Source: an uncultured Bacilli bacterium (GTDB taxonomy: Bacteria; Bacillota_I; Bacilli_A; RF39; UBA660). Taken from it: a stretch of 64,000 nt of DNA. The stretch spans positions 11,914 to 75,913 of the forward strand of contig CAKPCH010000002.1 of NCBI GenBank assembly GCA_934141535.1. Direction: 5' to 3'. A program made the position numbers and the translations under genes. The notes under the pieces are model-generated. The model had not been told where the DNA came from. It did not search any database and saw only the letters and a list, made by a program, of their open reading frames with translations. Each line of letters starts with the position of its first letter. Position 1 is the first letter of the stretch. Below are positions 9,225-18,670 of this stretch, one piece after another.

Positions 9225-9512
9225 CTATCTAATTTCTATATATTTTTTATAATTTTGTTCTAATTCTTTTAATAAATTAATCATATTATTTATTAATTTA
9301 TCTATTGTTTCATTATGTTTATTTATTTTGATATTTAAGTATCCATCACTTTCTTTATAACTAATACAGTCCTCATCAATACTTAATAAAGCATTTACTG
9401 TAGTAATACAAATACTTGAGATAGAAGCACACACTATATCAGAACCTTCACTACTATAACCTGAATGTCCTTTTATAGTTATTTCATTATCTTTAATACT
9501 TATCTTTACCAT
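9225..9512 (-). CDS. prp: Ribosomal-processing cysteine protease Prp (YsxB)
   Basis: [19 protein letters not shown] motif; located between rplU and rpmA. Confidence 0.9.
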   Translation of the reverse strand: MVKISIKDNEITIKGHSGYSSEGSDIVCASISSICITTVNALLSIDEDCISYKESDGYLNIKINKHNETIDKLINNMINLLKELEQNYKKYIEIR

Positions 9513-9514
9513 TA

Positions 9515-9817
9515 TTATTTTACCACTATTTTTTTAATTGTAACTTTAGTATATGGTTGACGATGTCCTTGTTTTCTACGGTAATTTTTCTTTTGATTGT
9601 ATTTATATACTATAATTTTTTTCTCTTTACCGTTTTTATCTACTTCAGCCTCTACAAAAGCACCATCTACATATGGCATACCTGCTTTACCATCTACCAT
9701 TAATACTTTATCAAATTTAACAGTAGAAGAAGCTTCAGCATCTAATTTTTCAATATAAAGAACTGTACCTTCACTAACATAGTATTGTTTTCCACCAGTT
9801 TCTATTACTGCTTTCAT
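9515..9817 (-). CDS. rplU: 50S ribosomal protein L21
   Basis: [17 protein letters not shown]...; C-terminal [11 protein letters not shown]. Confidence 0.96.
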   Translation of the reverse strand: MKAVIETGGKQYYVSEGTVLYIEKLDAEASSTVKFDKVLMVDGKAGMPYVDGAFVEAEVDKNGKEKKIIVYKYNQKKNYRRKQGHRQPYTKVTIKKIVVK

Positions 9818-9944
9818 TATTTACCTCCTTAATAAAATTTTTCTTAGACTCACCATTAAGGTGCTTAAGCTTTAAACTTTAAGTCTTAAATTAAAACCTT
9901 TTCTGTGTGGTTGTAGAATGAGGTCCTACACGTTTAAAATGATA
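9818..9944 (-). promoter_or_regulatory. Possible L21 leader RNA
   Basis: The 127-nt untranslated gap between spoIVFB and rplU has nested stems (GUGUAG..CUACA.CACAC; AGACU..CACCUUAAUGGUG..AGUCU). The position is as for the Firmicute L21 leader; not verified. Confidence 0.4.
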
Positions 9945-10694
9945 TCACAAATCATTACCTTTGTCAAACATTTTATGTAAAATTTCCTTTTCAGTTATAA
10001 ACTTATTATTTATATTAAATATATGAGTATAATCTAACTTCATTTCATCTATTCTTTTTATTACTTTTCTTTTTTTGAATTTAAAATTATTTAAATATCT
10101 TTCTAATAAAAATCTATTAAATATATAATTTATATTTTTAGATAATTTTATTGTTTCTATTAATAAAAATATAAGTACTAATATAAATAATTTATTTATA
10201 TTAAAACTTAAAATCAATATAAATATTAAAGATAAATATGATACTATAGAACATATTTTTAAACTATTTTTATAACTTGTTATTTTATTTATAATAAAAC
10301 TCATTATTTTAGAACCATCTAAAGGATATATTGGTATTAAATTAAAAATAATAATAAAATAATTCATTACACTAAAATATTTATAATGAACTATTTTATT
10401 TATAAAAATATAAAATATAATTTGAAAAGTAATACCTGCTATTGAAACAAAAAATTCTTCTTTAACAGGATGATTTATAAATATTTTATACTTAGTTAAT
10501 CCTCCAAAAGGTAATAATATTACCTTTTCTATATTCCATTTATAATATAGTGATACTAATATATGCCCTAATTCATGAATTAATATTAACATCATAAAAT
10601 ATAAAATAAATCTGAATTTACCTATAAGAATAAAAATAAATGTTGTTATTATAAATAAAGGATGAAAATATATTTTAGTTAATATATTTCTCAT
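9945..10694 (-). CDS. spoIVFB: Site-2 intramembrane metalloprotease, SpoIVFB-like (pro-sigma-K processing)
   Basis: HELGH (HExxH) in a TM segment and NLIPIYPLDGSKI (LDG motif); sits upstream of rplU-prp-rpmA and downstream of spoIVFA, exactly as in B. subtilis. Confidence 0.8.
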   Translation of the reverse strand: MRNILTKIYFHPLFIITTFIFILIGKFRFILYFMMLILIHELGHILVSLYYKWNIEKVILLPFGGLTKYKIFINHPVKEEFFVSIAGITFQIIFYIFINKIVHYKYFSVMNYFIIIFNLIPIYPLDGSKIMSFIINKITSYKNSLKICSIVSYLSLIFILILSFNINKLFILVLIFLLIETIKLSKNINYIFNRFLLERYLNNFKFKKRKVIKRIDEMKLDYTHIFNINNKFITEKEILHKMFDKGNDL

Positions 10695-11205
10695 AATTTA
10701 ATACTTCTCCGTCTTTTTTATAAACTAAATATAAGTAATCCTTTGCCTCACCTATTAGCTCGCCTTTTTTAACATAATCATACATTTTTACATTAGTATT
10801 ATCTATATTACCATACCATTCATCTACACCATCTATTCTTTGAATAATTATAGTATTTCCATATCCTTCTTTTTCTCCAATAAATACAACTACTCCACTT
10901 TCACTTACAGGTACTAAATAGTTTGAATTAAATTCTAATTTAACTCCATCTAGATACTTACTAGAATTTTCTATTATTGGTTTTTCATTAAATACTTTTT
11001 CATCTATTAATTTATCAAATATTTTTGTATTACCTATATATTTATTATATATTTTTGTAAAATATGAAAAAGATATATTTTTATCATATACTTGTTTATA
11101 AAATTTATTTTTAAAATTAGAATTTGCTTTCATTATTATTAATAAAACAAGAGTTATAATTATACATAATAAAAACTTAGTAAGAAATTTAGTACAAGCT
11201 TTCAT
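10675..11205 (-). CDS. spoIVFA: SpoIVFA-like protein with degenerate LytM/M23 domain
   Basis: One TM, then GVVVFIGEKEGYGNTIIIQRIDGVDEWYGNIDNTNVKMYDYVKKGELIG (M23-like, no obvious metal ligands); overlaps the spoIVFB start. Start chosen at ATG 11205 (SD GGTGA); the track start at 11262 is possible. Confidence 0.6.
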   Translation of the reverse strand: MKACTKFLTKFLLCIIITLVLLIIMKANSNFKNKFYKQVYDKNISFSYFTKIYNKYIGNTKIFDKLIDEKVFNEKPIIENSSKYLDGVKLEFNSNYLVPVSESGVVVFIGEKEGYGNTIIIQRIDGVDEWYGNIDNTNVKMYDYVKKGELIGEAKDYLYLVYKKDGEVLNYEKYIN

Positions 11206-11277
11206 ATTATCACCAATAAATAATATGAAAAAGATAAAAAAAAAGAATAAATTAATATTCATTTTTTTGTTTTACAT

Positions 11278-11880
11278 TTATTTTTCCATTATTAAATGTT
11301 TATTTAATACATAGTATTGTACACCTGATATTATAGATAATATTGTAGCTATAAAAAGTAAAACTTTAGAAACTGAAATTCCCCATAATTCAAATGGTAA
11401 ATTATAGAAAAGTGTAAGTACTATTCCAACCATTAAACAAGCAGTTTTAACTTTACCAGATTTAATGGCTGCTACTACTTTACCTTTTGAAGCTGCAAGC
11501 ATCTTTATAGAATTAACAACACTATCTCTTACTATTATTACTACTGGTATTATAGGATGAATAAATCCTTGAGCAGCTAATATTATTAAAACTGAATTTA
11601 CTAAAATCTTATCTGCTATTGCATCTATTAATTTACCAAAGTCAGTAACAAGATTATATTTGCGTGCTATATAACCATCTAGAAAATCAGTTAATGAAGC
11701 TATTATAAATAATATACCTGCTATTATATATTTAATATCTATTACTATAGCTTCATTAATAAATAATTTAGGAACATCTATTCCAAATAATGATGTAATA
11801 TATTCTCCACCAAGTAATATTATAATTATTAATACTGACATTGCTATTCTACTTATAGTTAATTTATTAGGCAAGTTCAT
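11278..11880 (-). CDS. pgsA: CDP-diacylglycerol--glycerol-3-phosphate 3-phosphatidyltransferase
   Basis: NLPNKLTISRI... DFLDGYIARKYNLVTDFGKLIDAIADK (CDP-alcohol phosphatidyltransferase motif). Start uncertain (ATG 11880 versus GTG 11901). Confidence 0.9.
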   Translation of the reverse strand: MNLPNKLTISRIAMSVLIIIILLGGEYITSLFGIDVPKLFINEAIVIDIKYIIAGILFIIASLTDFLDGYIARKYNLVTDFGKLIDAIADKILVNSVLIILAAQGFIHPIIPVVIIVRDSVVNSIKMLAASKGKVVAAIKSGKVKTACLMVGIVLTLFYNLPFELWGISVSKVLLFIATILSIISGVQYYVLNKHLIMEK

Positions 11881-12373
11881 ATCTAACACTTCTTTCTTCA
11901 CTTACTATACTATTAGAAATTTCTCTATCATCTTTAGTAACAACTAAAACAATTACATAAATAATTATTATAACTAGAAGTACTATACCTGATATTATTA
12001 AAAATTTAGGTATTTGCTTTTGTCTATTATTAAATACTGTATAGGGAGATGATATTTTAACTGTTTTTAATTTTTTTTCTTTTTTTCTTTGTTCTCTTTC
12101 CGCTTTTTTTATATCATCAATAGATATTTTAGAAGTAAAATCGAACAAATACTCATTAAACTCTTCAACCATCTCATCATAATCAAGTCCTAAATATTTT
12201 GAATAATTTTTTATAAACATTTTTAAATAAAATATGTCTTTAAAGGCTTCTTTATTACCTTCTTCAATATTTTCTAATTGTGATGGTCTTAATTTTAAAT
12301 CACTAGCTGCTTCTTCAATAGTTATTCCCATTGATTCACGAGCATTTTTTAACTTTTCTCCTATTTCTTTCAT
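11867..12373 (-). CDS. rodZ: RodZ-like cytoskeletal HTH membrane protein (YmfM)
   Basis: N-terminal XRE-type HTH IGEKLKNARESMGITIEEAASDLKLRPSQLENIEEG, a charged linker, one TM; upstream of pgsA as in B. subtilis. Confidence 0.75.
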   Translation of the reverse strand: MKEIGEKLKNARESMGITIEEAASDLKLRPSQLENIEEGNKEAFKDIFYLKMFIKNYSKYLGLDYDEMVEEFNEYLFDFTSKISIDDIKKAEREQRKKEKKLKTVKISSPYTVFNNRQKQIPKFLIISGIVLLVIIIIYVIVLVVTKDDREISNSIVSEERSVRYELA

Positions 12374-12399
12374 ATATCCTCTATTCTATTTACAAAAAA

Positions 12400-12752
12400 A
12401 ATAATATTTTATAAGCCATGTTCTGTTCTCTATTAAGAGCGACAAATATTTATCTACCTTTCGGTCCTAAAATCGGTTCAATTCCCTATTTAGATTCCCC
12501 TACCAAAATTTGGGTTTCTCACTCGCGGGGTTTACCACGTTCCACTTCTTTCATTTCTGAATTCTTCGTCACTTTGGCACTTTTACACTTATTTAACCAT
12601 ATCAACGACTTAGGTTATCTAAGAGCCGTTAGCAAAACTTGCTACCTAGAGTTATTTATTCCTCTAGCGCGAACTCTATAATCATCTCAGATTATGTGAG
12701 CATGGACTTTCCTCTACATAACAAAGTACGCAGCATTTGTCCAAATATTATT
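12400..12752 (-). ncRNA. rnpB: RNase P RNA, type B
   Basis: Minus strand contains GAGGAAAGUCCAUGCUC, AAAGUGCCAAAGUGACGAAG, GUGGAACGUGGUAAACCCCGCGAGUGAGAAACCCAAAUUUUGGUAGGGGAA and ACAGAACAUGGCUUA, collinear with B. subtilis RNase P RNA. P1 can form between AAUAAUAUUU (12752-12743) and AAAUAUUAUU (12409-12400). Ends are approximate. Confidence 0.93.
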
Positions 12753-13074
12753 CTTTTCCATAAATTATTTTTTCTAATTTAGATATTCTTCTTAAAACAT
12801 CAGCTGTTGTACCCGTACCTACAGTATCACTTTCTTTTAATACTTCTATTTTTGTTTTAAGATTTCTAATTTCTTGTTTTAAACTGATATTATCTTCTAC
12901 AAGTTGTTTTTTATCTCTTTCTAATTCTTTAATTATAGATTTCATTTCTTCATAATCTTTTATAATCAAATCAAGAAATCTATCCACCTCTTGTGGTCTA
13001 TAACCTCTTGTATCAATTTTAAACTCTTTTTCCAAAATATCACGACTAGTTAAAACTACACGATCTTGATACAT
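12748..13074 (-). CDS. gpsB: Cell-cycle protein GpsB (DivIVA-domain)
   Basis: LTSRDILEKEFKIDTRGYRPQEVDRFLDLIIKDYEE closely parallels B. subtilis GpsB; adjacent to rnpB as in B. subtilis. Start ATG 13074 (the track start is a GTG inside the SD GAGAGGTG). Confidence 0.88.
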   Translation of the reverse strand: MYQDRVVLTSRDILEKEFKIDTRGYRPQEVDRFLDLIIKDYEEMKSIIKELERDKKQLVEDNISLKQEIRNLKTKIEVLKESDTVGTGTTADVLRRISKLEKIIYGKE

Positions 13075-13138
13075 AAAAAACACCTCTCATATTCCCAAAA
13101 CAATTATCTCAAAAAACTATTTATTTGTCAATAAAAAA

Positions 13139-13237
13139 CTACTTACCTTTAATAGTGTAAGTAGCCAATTTTATATACCTAACATCATCTATCATATTAT
13201 TAAATACATTTTCTATATGTGAATATGTATTCATCAT
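13139..13237 (-). CDS. Candidate 32-aa micro-protein
   Basis: SD GAGGTG, then ATGATG..., reading MMNTYSHIENVFNNMIDDVRYIKLATYTIKGK. The stop is embedded in hairpin CTACTTAC/GTAAGTAG plus U6. No homology recognisable. Confidence 0.3.
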   Translation of the reverse strand: MMNTYSHIENVFNNMIDDVRYIKLATYTIKGK

Positions 13238-13305
13238 ATCACCTCAAAAATATAGTAGCACATATTAAATATCTTTTGTTGTGATTCGACAAAACTAGCT
13301 AATAT

Positions 13306-14145
13306 TTACTCTAAAATATTTTCTTGAATGCTACTAATATTATAACCTTTTGATTTTATATATATTATTATTGTTGATAATTCTTTTTTAACTGTAGAAT
13401 TTATTGGAAGTAATAAAACTGAACCAAAATCTATTTTTTTCTTTATATCAACTAAAGGAGTATTACCAGATATAACAATTGGTCTTATCGTATAATTGCC
13501 ATAATTCATACAAAGATTTAGATTATCTTCTGTTTCTACTTCACTATAGCAGAAACAATTACCTTGTTTATTTACTTTTTTTAAAACAGTATCTACCCAT
13601 TCTAAATCACTTATATTAATAGAATCAAGTATTAAGTTTATACTATGACCTTTAGATATTAAATTAGATATTAATTCATTATTATTTGTAAACCAATCAA
13701 AATTAACAAAAAAAGACACTTTTAAATTATAATTATTAACTATATTTAAAATATCTGTTATATCTTCCCCTATACCTACTTTAAATGCTAAACTAACCAT
13801 TTTTTTACTTGGATTACCTTTAATTATATATTTATTCATATTATTTGTTAAACTTATTTTAGGCTTTTCATAATCATAAACTAGTAATTTATCATTATAA
13901 TAGCCATTCTTCTTCATTAACTTATAACTCTTATTTATATTTACTTTCCTACTATTTACACCTGGTATTATTGTATCATCTATTATAGTAGCATCTATTG
14001 CCTTACTTTCATATTTATAAGCATTCTCCTTTATACTAATCATTATATCATCCATATCATTTACTACTGTTGTTGTTTTCTCTGTAACAAAAAAACTAAA
14101 ACATGTTAAACTAATTAGGCCTATCATTTGAAATATTTTTTTCAT
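13306..14145 (-). CDS. Polysaccharide deacetylase (NodB)-like exported protein, PdaB/YlxY-like, catalytic motifs degenerate
   Basis: Signal/anchor peptide. KKMVSLAFKVGIGEDITDILNIVNNYNLKVSFFVNFDWF...LISKGHSINL parallels the NodB motif 1/2 region, but the DD pair is replaced (AFKVG). Confidence 0.4.
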   Translation of the reverse strand: MKKIFQMIGLISLTCFSFFVTEKTTTVVNDMDDIMISIKENAYKYESKAIDATIIDDTIIPGVNSRKVNINKSYKLMKKNGYYNDKLLVYDYEKPKISLTNNMNKYIIKGNPSKKMVSLAFKVGIGEDITDILNIVNNYNLKVSFFVNFDWFTNNNELISNLISKGHSINLILDSINISDLEWVDTVLKKVNKQGNCFCYSEVETEDNLNLCMNYGNYTIRPIVISGNTPLVDIKKKIDFGSVLLLPINSTVKKELSTIIIYIKSKGYNISSIQENILE

Positions 14146-14240
14146 TATTTCACCTAACTAATTATATGATTAGTTTTATATTTTTTTTACTAAAATTTTT
14201 TATTATAAAAAGAGATTTAAATTAATAATCTCTTAAACTT

Positions 14241-14990
14241 TTATTTGATTAATTTATATTTTTTTGTTATATATATTCCTAAAAAGAAATTAATACATAA
14301 ATATAACATTAGTAATATTATATAAACAACATTTCCAAAATAAGATGAAAAGTTTGAAAAAGTTGAATAGAATATTGGAATATAATTAATTATAAAATGA
14401 AGGAACATAGTATAAAATATATTTCTTGTTTTTAGGAAATATGATAATAATAATGTACCTGTTGAAAGTGCGAAAACTATTTTTATAGATTCTAATAAAA
14501 ATCTATTTGGCCTTAACAAAACACCTGTACCATGAGATAAACCACATATCAAAATAAGAATTATAAAATTTTTTTTATTTAATTCGCCATCTTCTCCTAA
14601 TATTTCTACTCCTAAATATCTAAAAAGTAATCCTTCCCAAACAGCACTCGTTAATGAATTTAAAATGCCTCCTAGTATATTAATAAAACTAGCTGATTGA
14701 TTTATAATAGCAAAATTTAATATATTGCTTATTAAGAATATAAATAAAATAAGTAAAATATCATATTTGGTAATTTTATTTTCATCTAAATTTGGTGTTT
14801 CTTCTTCATTTTCTATTAAATAATTATCCTTTAGAATAATAAGTCCTATTAAAAATACTATTACTATAGCTTTAAATATTAAAGAGAAACTATTATTTAT
14901 ATTAACATAAATTTCAAGTAAATCACCAAATATCATTATCGTCATACATATTGTTGTAAGAAGAATATATTCTAATAATTTATTTTTCAT
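14241..14990 (-). CDS. CPBP-family intramembrane protease (CAAX-protease-like)
   Basis: Multi-TM; AVWEGLLFRY (EExxxR-like), LSHG, and FLHFIINY motifs in order. Confidence 0.7.
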   Translation of the reverse strand: MKNKLLEYILLTTICMTIMIFGDLLEIYVNINNSFSLIFKAIVIVFLIGLIILKDNYLIENEEETPNLDENKITKYDILLILFIFLISNILNFAIINQSASFINILGGILNSLTSAVWEGLLFRYLGVEILGEDGELNKKNFIILILICGLSHGTGVLLRPNRFLLESIKIVFALSTGTLLLSYFLKTRNIFYTMFLHFIINYIPIFYSTFSNFSSYFGNVVYIILLMLYLCINFFLGIYITKKYKLIK

Positions 14991-15007
14991 ATTATCATCC
15001 CTTTTTA

Positions 15008-15640
15008 TTAAAATTTTACATAGTGTACTCCTAATTTTTTATAAATCGTAGATGCTCTTGGTAAATGAAAAAGTCTTGCAAATAACAGATTATAAAATTC
15101 ATCTATTAAAATTATAGAGCACAAAGTAAAACTTATAGTTAAAAATATTTTTTTATTTGTATGATGCGCTAAAAAGAAGCAAAATGGAACAATTAAATAA
15201 ATTAATATTAAACTAGATAGTCCAAAAAATAATACACTTCTAAGGCAAACAAATCCACCTATATTTCCAAAGTTTAAAATCTCAGAATTGTAATCCCAAC
15301 ATCTATTTCCGGTAATTAAATACATTCCAAGTCCTGAAAAATATTCTAATATTCCGGTTGCTATAACACTTATTATAAATACCTTAAAAGGATTTTTTCG
15401 TTTTTTATATGTTAATAAATATATTAATATAGAACCCGTTGCATATATATTTATCCAAGGTAAAAAATTACCTCCTCTATAGTACCACTGTTGCATGCCA
15501 CCATTAAAATAATAAAATACAAATTCATATAAAAAGCCAAAAACACCAGCAATTACAATTATTAAACTAAATATACCAAGCATTGTTACTTTATCAAATG
15601 AATGTTCTTTATTTAAATATTCACTATACATTTTTTTCAT
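15008..15640 (-). CDS. Multi-pass membrane protein of the so-called 'putative ABC-transporter type IV' family (PF06541-like, recalled from memory)
   Basis: ~6 TM; CWDYNSEILNFGNIGGFVCLRSVLFFG matches the WDYS..N..G motif. Paralog of 16873-17529. Confidence 0.55.
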   Translation of the reverse strand: MKKMYSEYLNKEHSFDKVTMLGIFSLIIVIAGVFGFLYEFVFYYFNGGMQQWYYRGGNFLPWINIYATGSILIYLLTYKKRKNPFKVFIISVIATGILEYFSGLGMYLITGNRCWDYNSEILNFGNIGGFVCLRSVLFFGLSSLILIYLIVPFCFFLAHHTNKKIFLTISFTLCSIILIDEFYNLLFARLFHLPRASTIYKKLGVHYVKF

Positions 15641-15739
15641 ACAACATACTCCTATACTATAAAAATTGTATATTATATTTTTAAATTTGTCAATAAAAAC
15701 AAAAGCAGGTTTACTTTTATAAACCTACTTATACTCTAT

Positions 15740-16876
15740 TTACATTTCACTTTTTTCATGTTTTATAACATCCCATGAAACAGATCCAAAAGACTTAAAT
15801 AAACAAACTATATAACTTAATAAGAATATTGGATTAAAAATTAATGCTTTATATTTTATTTTCCAATCTAATTTTGATGGATTAATAATTAATAAGAAAA
15901 TAGTTAGTATCAGTAAAACTAAATATATACTAAGTAATATATAGAGTGCTACTTTAAATGAGAAAGAAAATCCAATTTGAATTGCTAAACCAAGTAATAA
16001 TAGTATAATTCCTTTTATACCTATTATTTCTTTTAATATATTAAAATCTCTTGTTTTAGCATACTCTTTTATTAAAACTTTATTATATTTTTTTCTATTT
16101 TCAAAATATCCTTTTACCCACCTTGTTCTTTGTTTTATAGTTGATAAAAATTGTATTGGTTGTTCATCATAAAACATGGCATTTTTACTATACCTAGTAT
16201 TATATTTATTTATTATTGAAAACAAGGTTAGTTCATAATCTTCTGTTAAAGTATTAAATGGGAATCCTTCTAATTCATTTATTATAGTACCACTTACATA
16301 AAAACCTGTACCTGATAATATTACATTCTCATTATTAAATGTTTTTAAACTATTAAAGCAATTTAATATTGTAAATAAAAGTCCTGAACAACATGCTGTC
16401 GCACTATCATTTGGATTTTTATTAAGTCTTTTAGAAACTGCTATATCATAACCTTTTCTATATTCTTTTAACATATATTTAATAAAATTTTTATCTAATA
16501 TATTATCTGCATCAAATATAAAATATAAATCATAACTCTTATTTATACTTTTTATAGTTTCATCAAGAGCATATCCTTTTCTTTTTAATTCTGGATTTTT
16601 TCTTGTTAGAATATTACAACCATACTCTTTTAATATTGGTATTGATAAATCGTTTTCATCACTTACCATAACGTAAACATCTTTAAAATTTACTTTTATA
16701 GTTTGTTCTTTTAAACTATCCATTAATCCTTTTATTACACGTTCTTCATTTCTTGCAGGAATGATTATAGCAAACTCTTCATTTTTATTTTTTTCTAATT
16801 TAATTTTTCTTTTACTAGGTAATAAGTATATTATTATAAGAATTATTCCTAGTATTTCTAATAATATATGTATCAT
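15740..16876 (-). CDS. Processive family-2 glycosyltransferase (synthase type, PgaC/IcaA/cellulose-synthase-like)
   Basis: N-terminal TM, IIIPARNEERVI, FDADN, TEDYELT, QRTRWVKG (Q-x-x-R-W), C-terminal TM bundle. Confidence 0.8.
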   Translation of the reverse strand: MIHILLEILGIILIIIYLLPSKRKIKLEKNKNEEFAIIIPARNEERVIKGLMDSLKEQTIKVNFKDVYVMVSDENDLSIPILKEYGCNILTRKNPELKRKGYALDETIKSINKSYDLYFIFDADNILDKNFIKYMLKEYRKGYDIAVSKRLNKNPNDSATACCSGLLFTILNCFNSLKTFNNENVILSGTGFYVSGTIINELEGFPFNTLTEDYELTLFSIINKYNTRYSKNAMFYDEQPIQFLSTIKQRTRWVKGYFENRKKYNKVLIKEYAKTRDFNILKEIIGIKGIILLLLGLAIQIGFSFSFKVALYILLSIYLVLLILTIFLLIINPSKLDWKIKYKALIFNPIFLLSYIVCLFKSFGSVSWDVIKHEKSEM

Positions 16877-17529
16877 TTTAACCTCATATTTGCAAAATAT
16901 TTTTTTAATACTTCATCTGGATATACTTTATCACAAAACTTTCCAACAATTGTATATGGCCTATATCCATTATATCTAAGTGTTTGACGTATGAGTGCTG
17001 TAAAGGAAATTAACATATCAAGTGTTAAAAATACAACCAAGATAATATATAAATGTTTAAGGATATTACTTGGTATACTCTCTACTAACAATGATATTTT
17101 TGGATATATAAATTTCATTAATAATAAACAAGCAAGTCCCCAAAAAAGCATTATAGGTATTGTTGTTCTTCCATTTATATTAAGTGGTAAATTGCTATAA
17201 TCCCAAGAAGTAGTACCTATAAATTTTTCTTGAAGAAAGCTTATTGAGTATTCAAAAAATCCCCCAATTAAAGCACCCTTCATAAAAATTTTATACCATA
17301 TCTGATCAGTATCTATAAGTACAAATACCATCAATACAGCACCCACTCCATATATTATATTAAATGGTCCATATATCACACCCCTATGTACATTAAATGT
17401 AAATATTCCAATATCTTTTAAATTTTTTACACCTTCTAATATATCTTCATAGAGTGCTCCAACAATACTTCCTATCACAAATAAAAATAAATACTTTTCC
17501 TTATTTAATGATTTTACAGCTAGTTTCAT
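16873..17529 (-). CDS. Membrane protein, paralog of 15008-15640 (PF06541-like)
   Basis: GALYEDILEG..., TSWDYSNLPLNINGRTTIPIMLFWG; stop overlaps the GT2 start (4-nt overlap). Confidence 0.55.
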   Translation of the reverse strand: MKLAVKSLNKEKYLFLFVIGSIVGALYEDILEGVKNLKDIGIFTFNVHRGVIYGPFNIIYGVGAVLMVFVLIDTDQIWYKIFMKGALIGGFFEYSISFLQEKFIGTTSWDYSNLPLNINGRTTIPIMLFWGLACLLLMKFIYPKISLLVESIPSNILKHLYIILVVFLTLDMLISFTALIRQTLRYNGYRPYTIVGKFCDKVYPDEVLKKYFANMRLK

Positions 17530-17668
17530 ATAATTCTTACACCTATATTGATTATATCATAACAGTCAATATACTTCAACATAAACAAATTATAAAAAAG
17601 ATTAACAATTAAGTTAACCTTATATTATAAATTTTATTTTTACTTAAAATATTAAAACTGAATAATTT

Positions 17669-18403
17669 TTAGTTATTTATTTCTACCAAATTCTCAAAAT
17701 ATCTAATATCAGCATCTAAAGTGATTTTTATTTTTTTTGAATTTATTAATTTCTCTATTAAATAAACATACATTGTGTCATTTAAATAAACTTTACTCAT
17801 AAGAATACCTACTAATTTAGACATTTTTACTTTTCCTAATGATTGTAAAGTATCTAAAATATAACGATCATAATAATCTAACGAAACAGATTTCACACAA
17901 CCTTGATCAATTACTCTCAAATTTGAATTTTCATAAACTAATTTTTTCCAAATATTAGCATTTTCATTTATTTCCTTGTTAGTTAATTTGTGCTCTAACT
18001 TAGACAATTCTTCTAATTCATTTTCTTTCATTACACTTGGAGATGGATAATCTTTATTATAATCATCACTATAAAGTACATATAATTCATAATTAAATTC
18101 ATTTACAATACTACAAATATATAACATAACTAGATATGAATAAATATGATTTCTACTAGTCCATACCCTAATTTTATTTTTCTTTTTTATATTATCAACA
18201 ATGGTATTATATTCATATTTAAAATTATTGTTTCCATCTTCAAAATATAATTGCTTAGGTATTTCAATTTTAAAATTTTCTACATTAGATAGGTCACCAA
18301 TGTTAAATAAAATATTAAACATCAAAATATCATTATTATTAAGCTTACTTTTTTTCATAGTGTGATAACAAGAATTACCAAATACAACTTCTAATGTATT
18401 CAT
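17669..18403 (-). CDS. DUF1835/DUF3658-like protein, function unknown
   Basis: LEVVFGNSCYHTMKK..., IRVWTSRNHIYSYLVMLYICS..., ANIWKKLVYENSNLRVIDQG...DYYDRYIL pattern as recalled for DUF1835+DUF3658. Start ATG 18403 (SD GGAGTGG). Confidence 0.45.
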   Translation of the reverse strand: MNTLEVVFGNSCYHTMKKSKLNNNDILMFNILFNIGDLSNVENFKIEIPKQLYFEDGNNNFKYEYNTIVDNIKKKNKIRVWTSRNHIYSYLVMLYICSIVNEFNYELYVLYSDDYNKDYPSPSVMKENELEELSKLEHKLTNKEINENANIWKKLVYENSNLRVIDQGCVKSVSLDYYDRYILDTLQSLGKVKMSKLVGILMSKVYLNDTMYVYLIEKLINSKKIKITLDADIRYFENLVEINN

Positions 18404-18541
18404 ATTTTTCCACTCCACTCTAAAAATAATTTTTTTTAATATAATTATATTATATCACTATATCAAGTAAAATAAAAACCAATCTTTCGATTGATTTCTA
18501 TATATCAAGTTCAAACTAAATAGTTCGAACAGATTCGTCAA

Positions 18542-18616
18542 TGGAGCAAGTGACCGGGATCGAACCGGCATCCTAGCCTTGGCAAGGCCATATACTAACC
18601 ATTGTACTACACCTGC
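18542..18616 (-). tRNA. tRNA-Gly (anticodon GCC), CCA encoded
   Basis: Minus strand GCAGGTG TA GTAC..GTAT A TGGCC TTGCCAA GGCTA GGAT GCCGG TTCGATC CCGGT CACTTGC TCCA. Cloverleaf is folded by hand. Promoter TTTACA-17-TATATT upstream and hairpin plus U-run downstream. Confidence 0.9.
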
Positions 18617-18670
18617 ATCAAATAGTGATATATAAAATATACACTATTTTTTTTAATTTGTAAAGAGTTT

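Noticed and set aside
12418-12681. Track ORF 12418-12681 (+), 87 aa
   Set aside because: It falls entirely inside, and antisense to, the RNase P RNA gene. It has no SD, and the region is explained by conserved rnpB sequence blocks.
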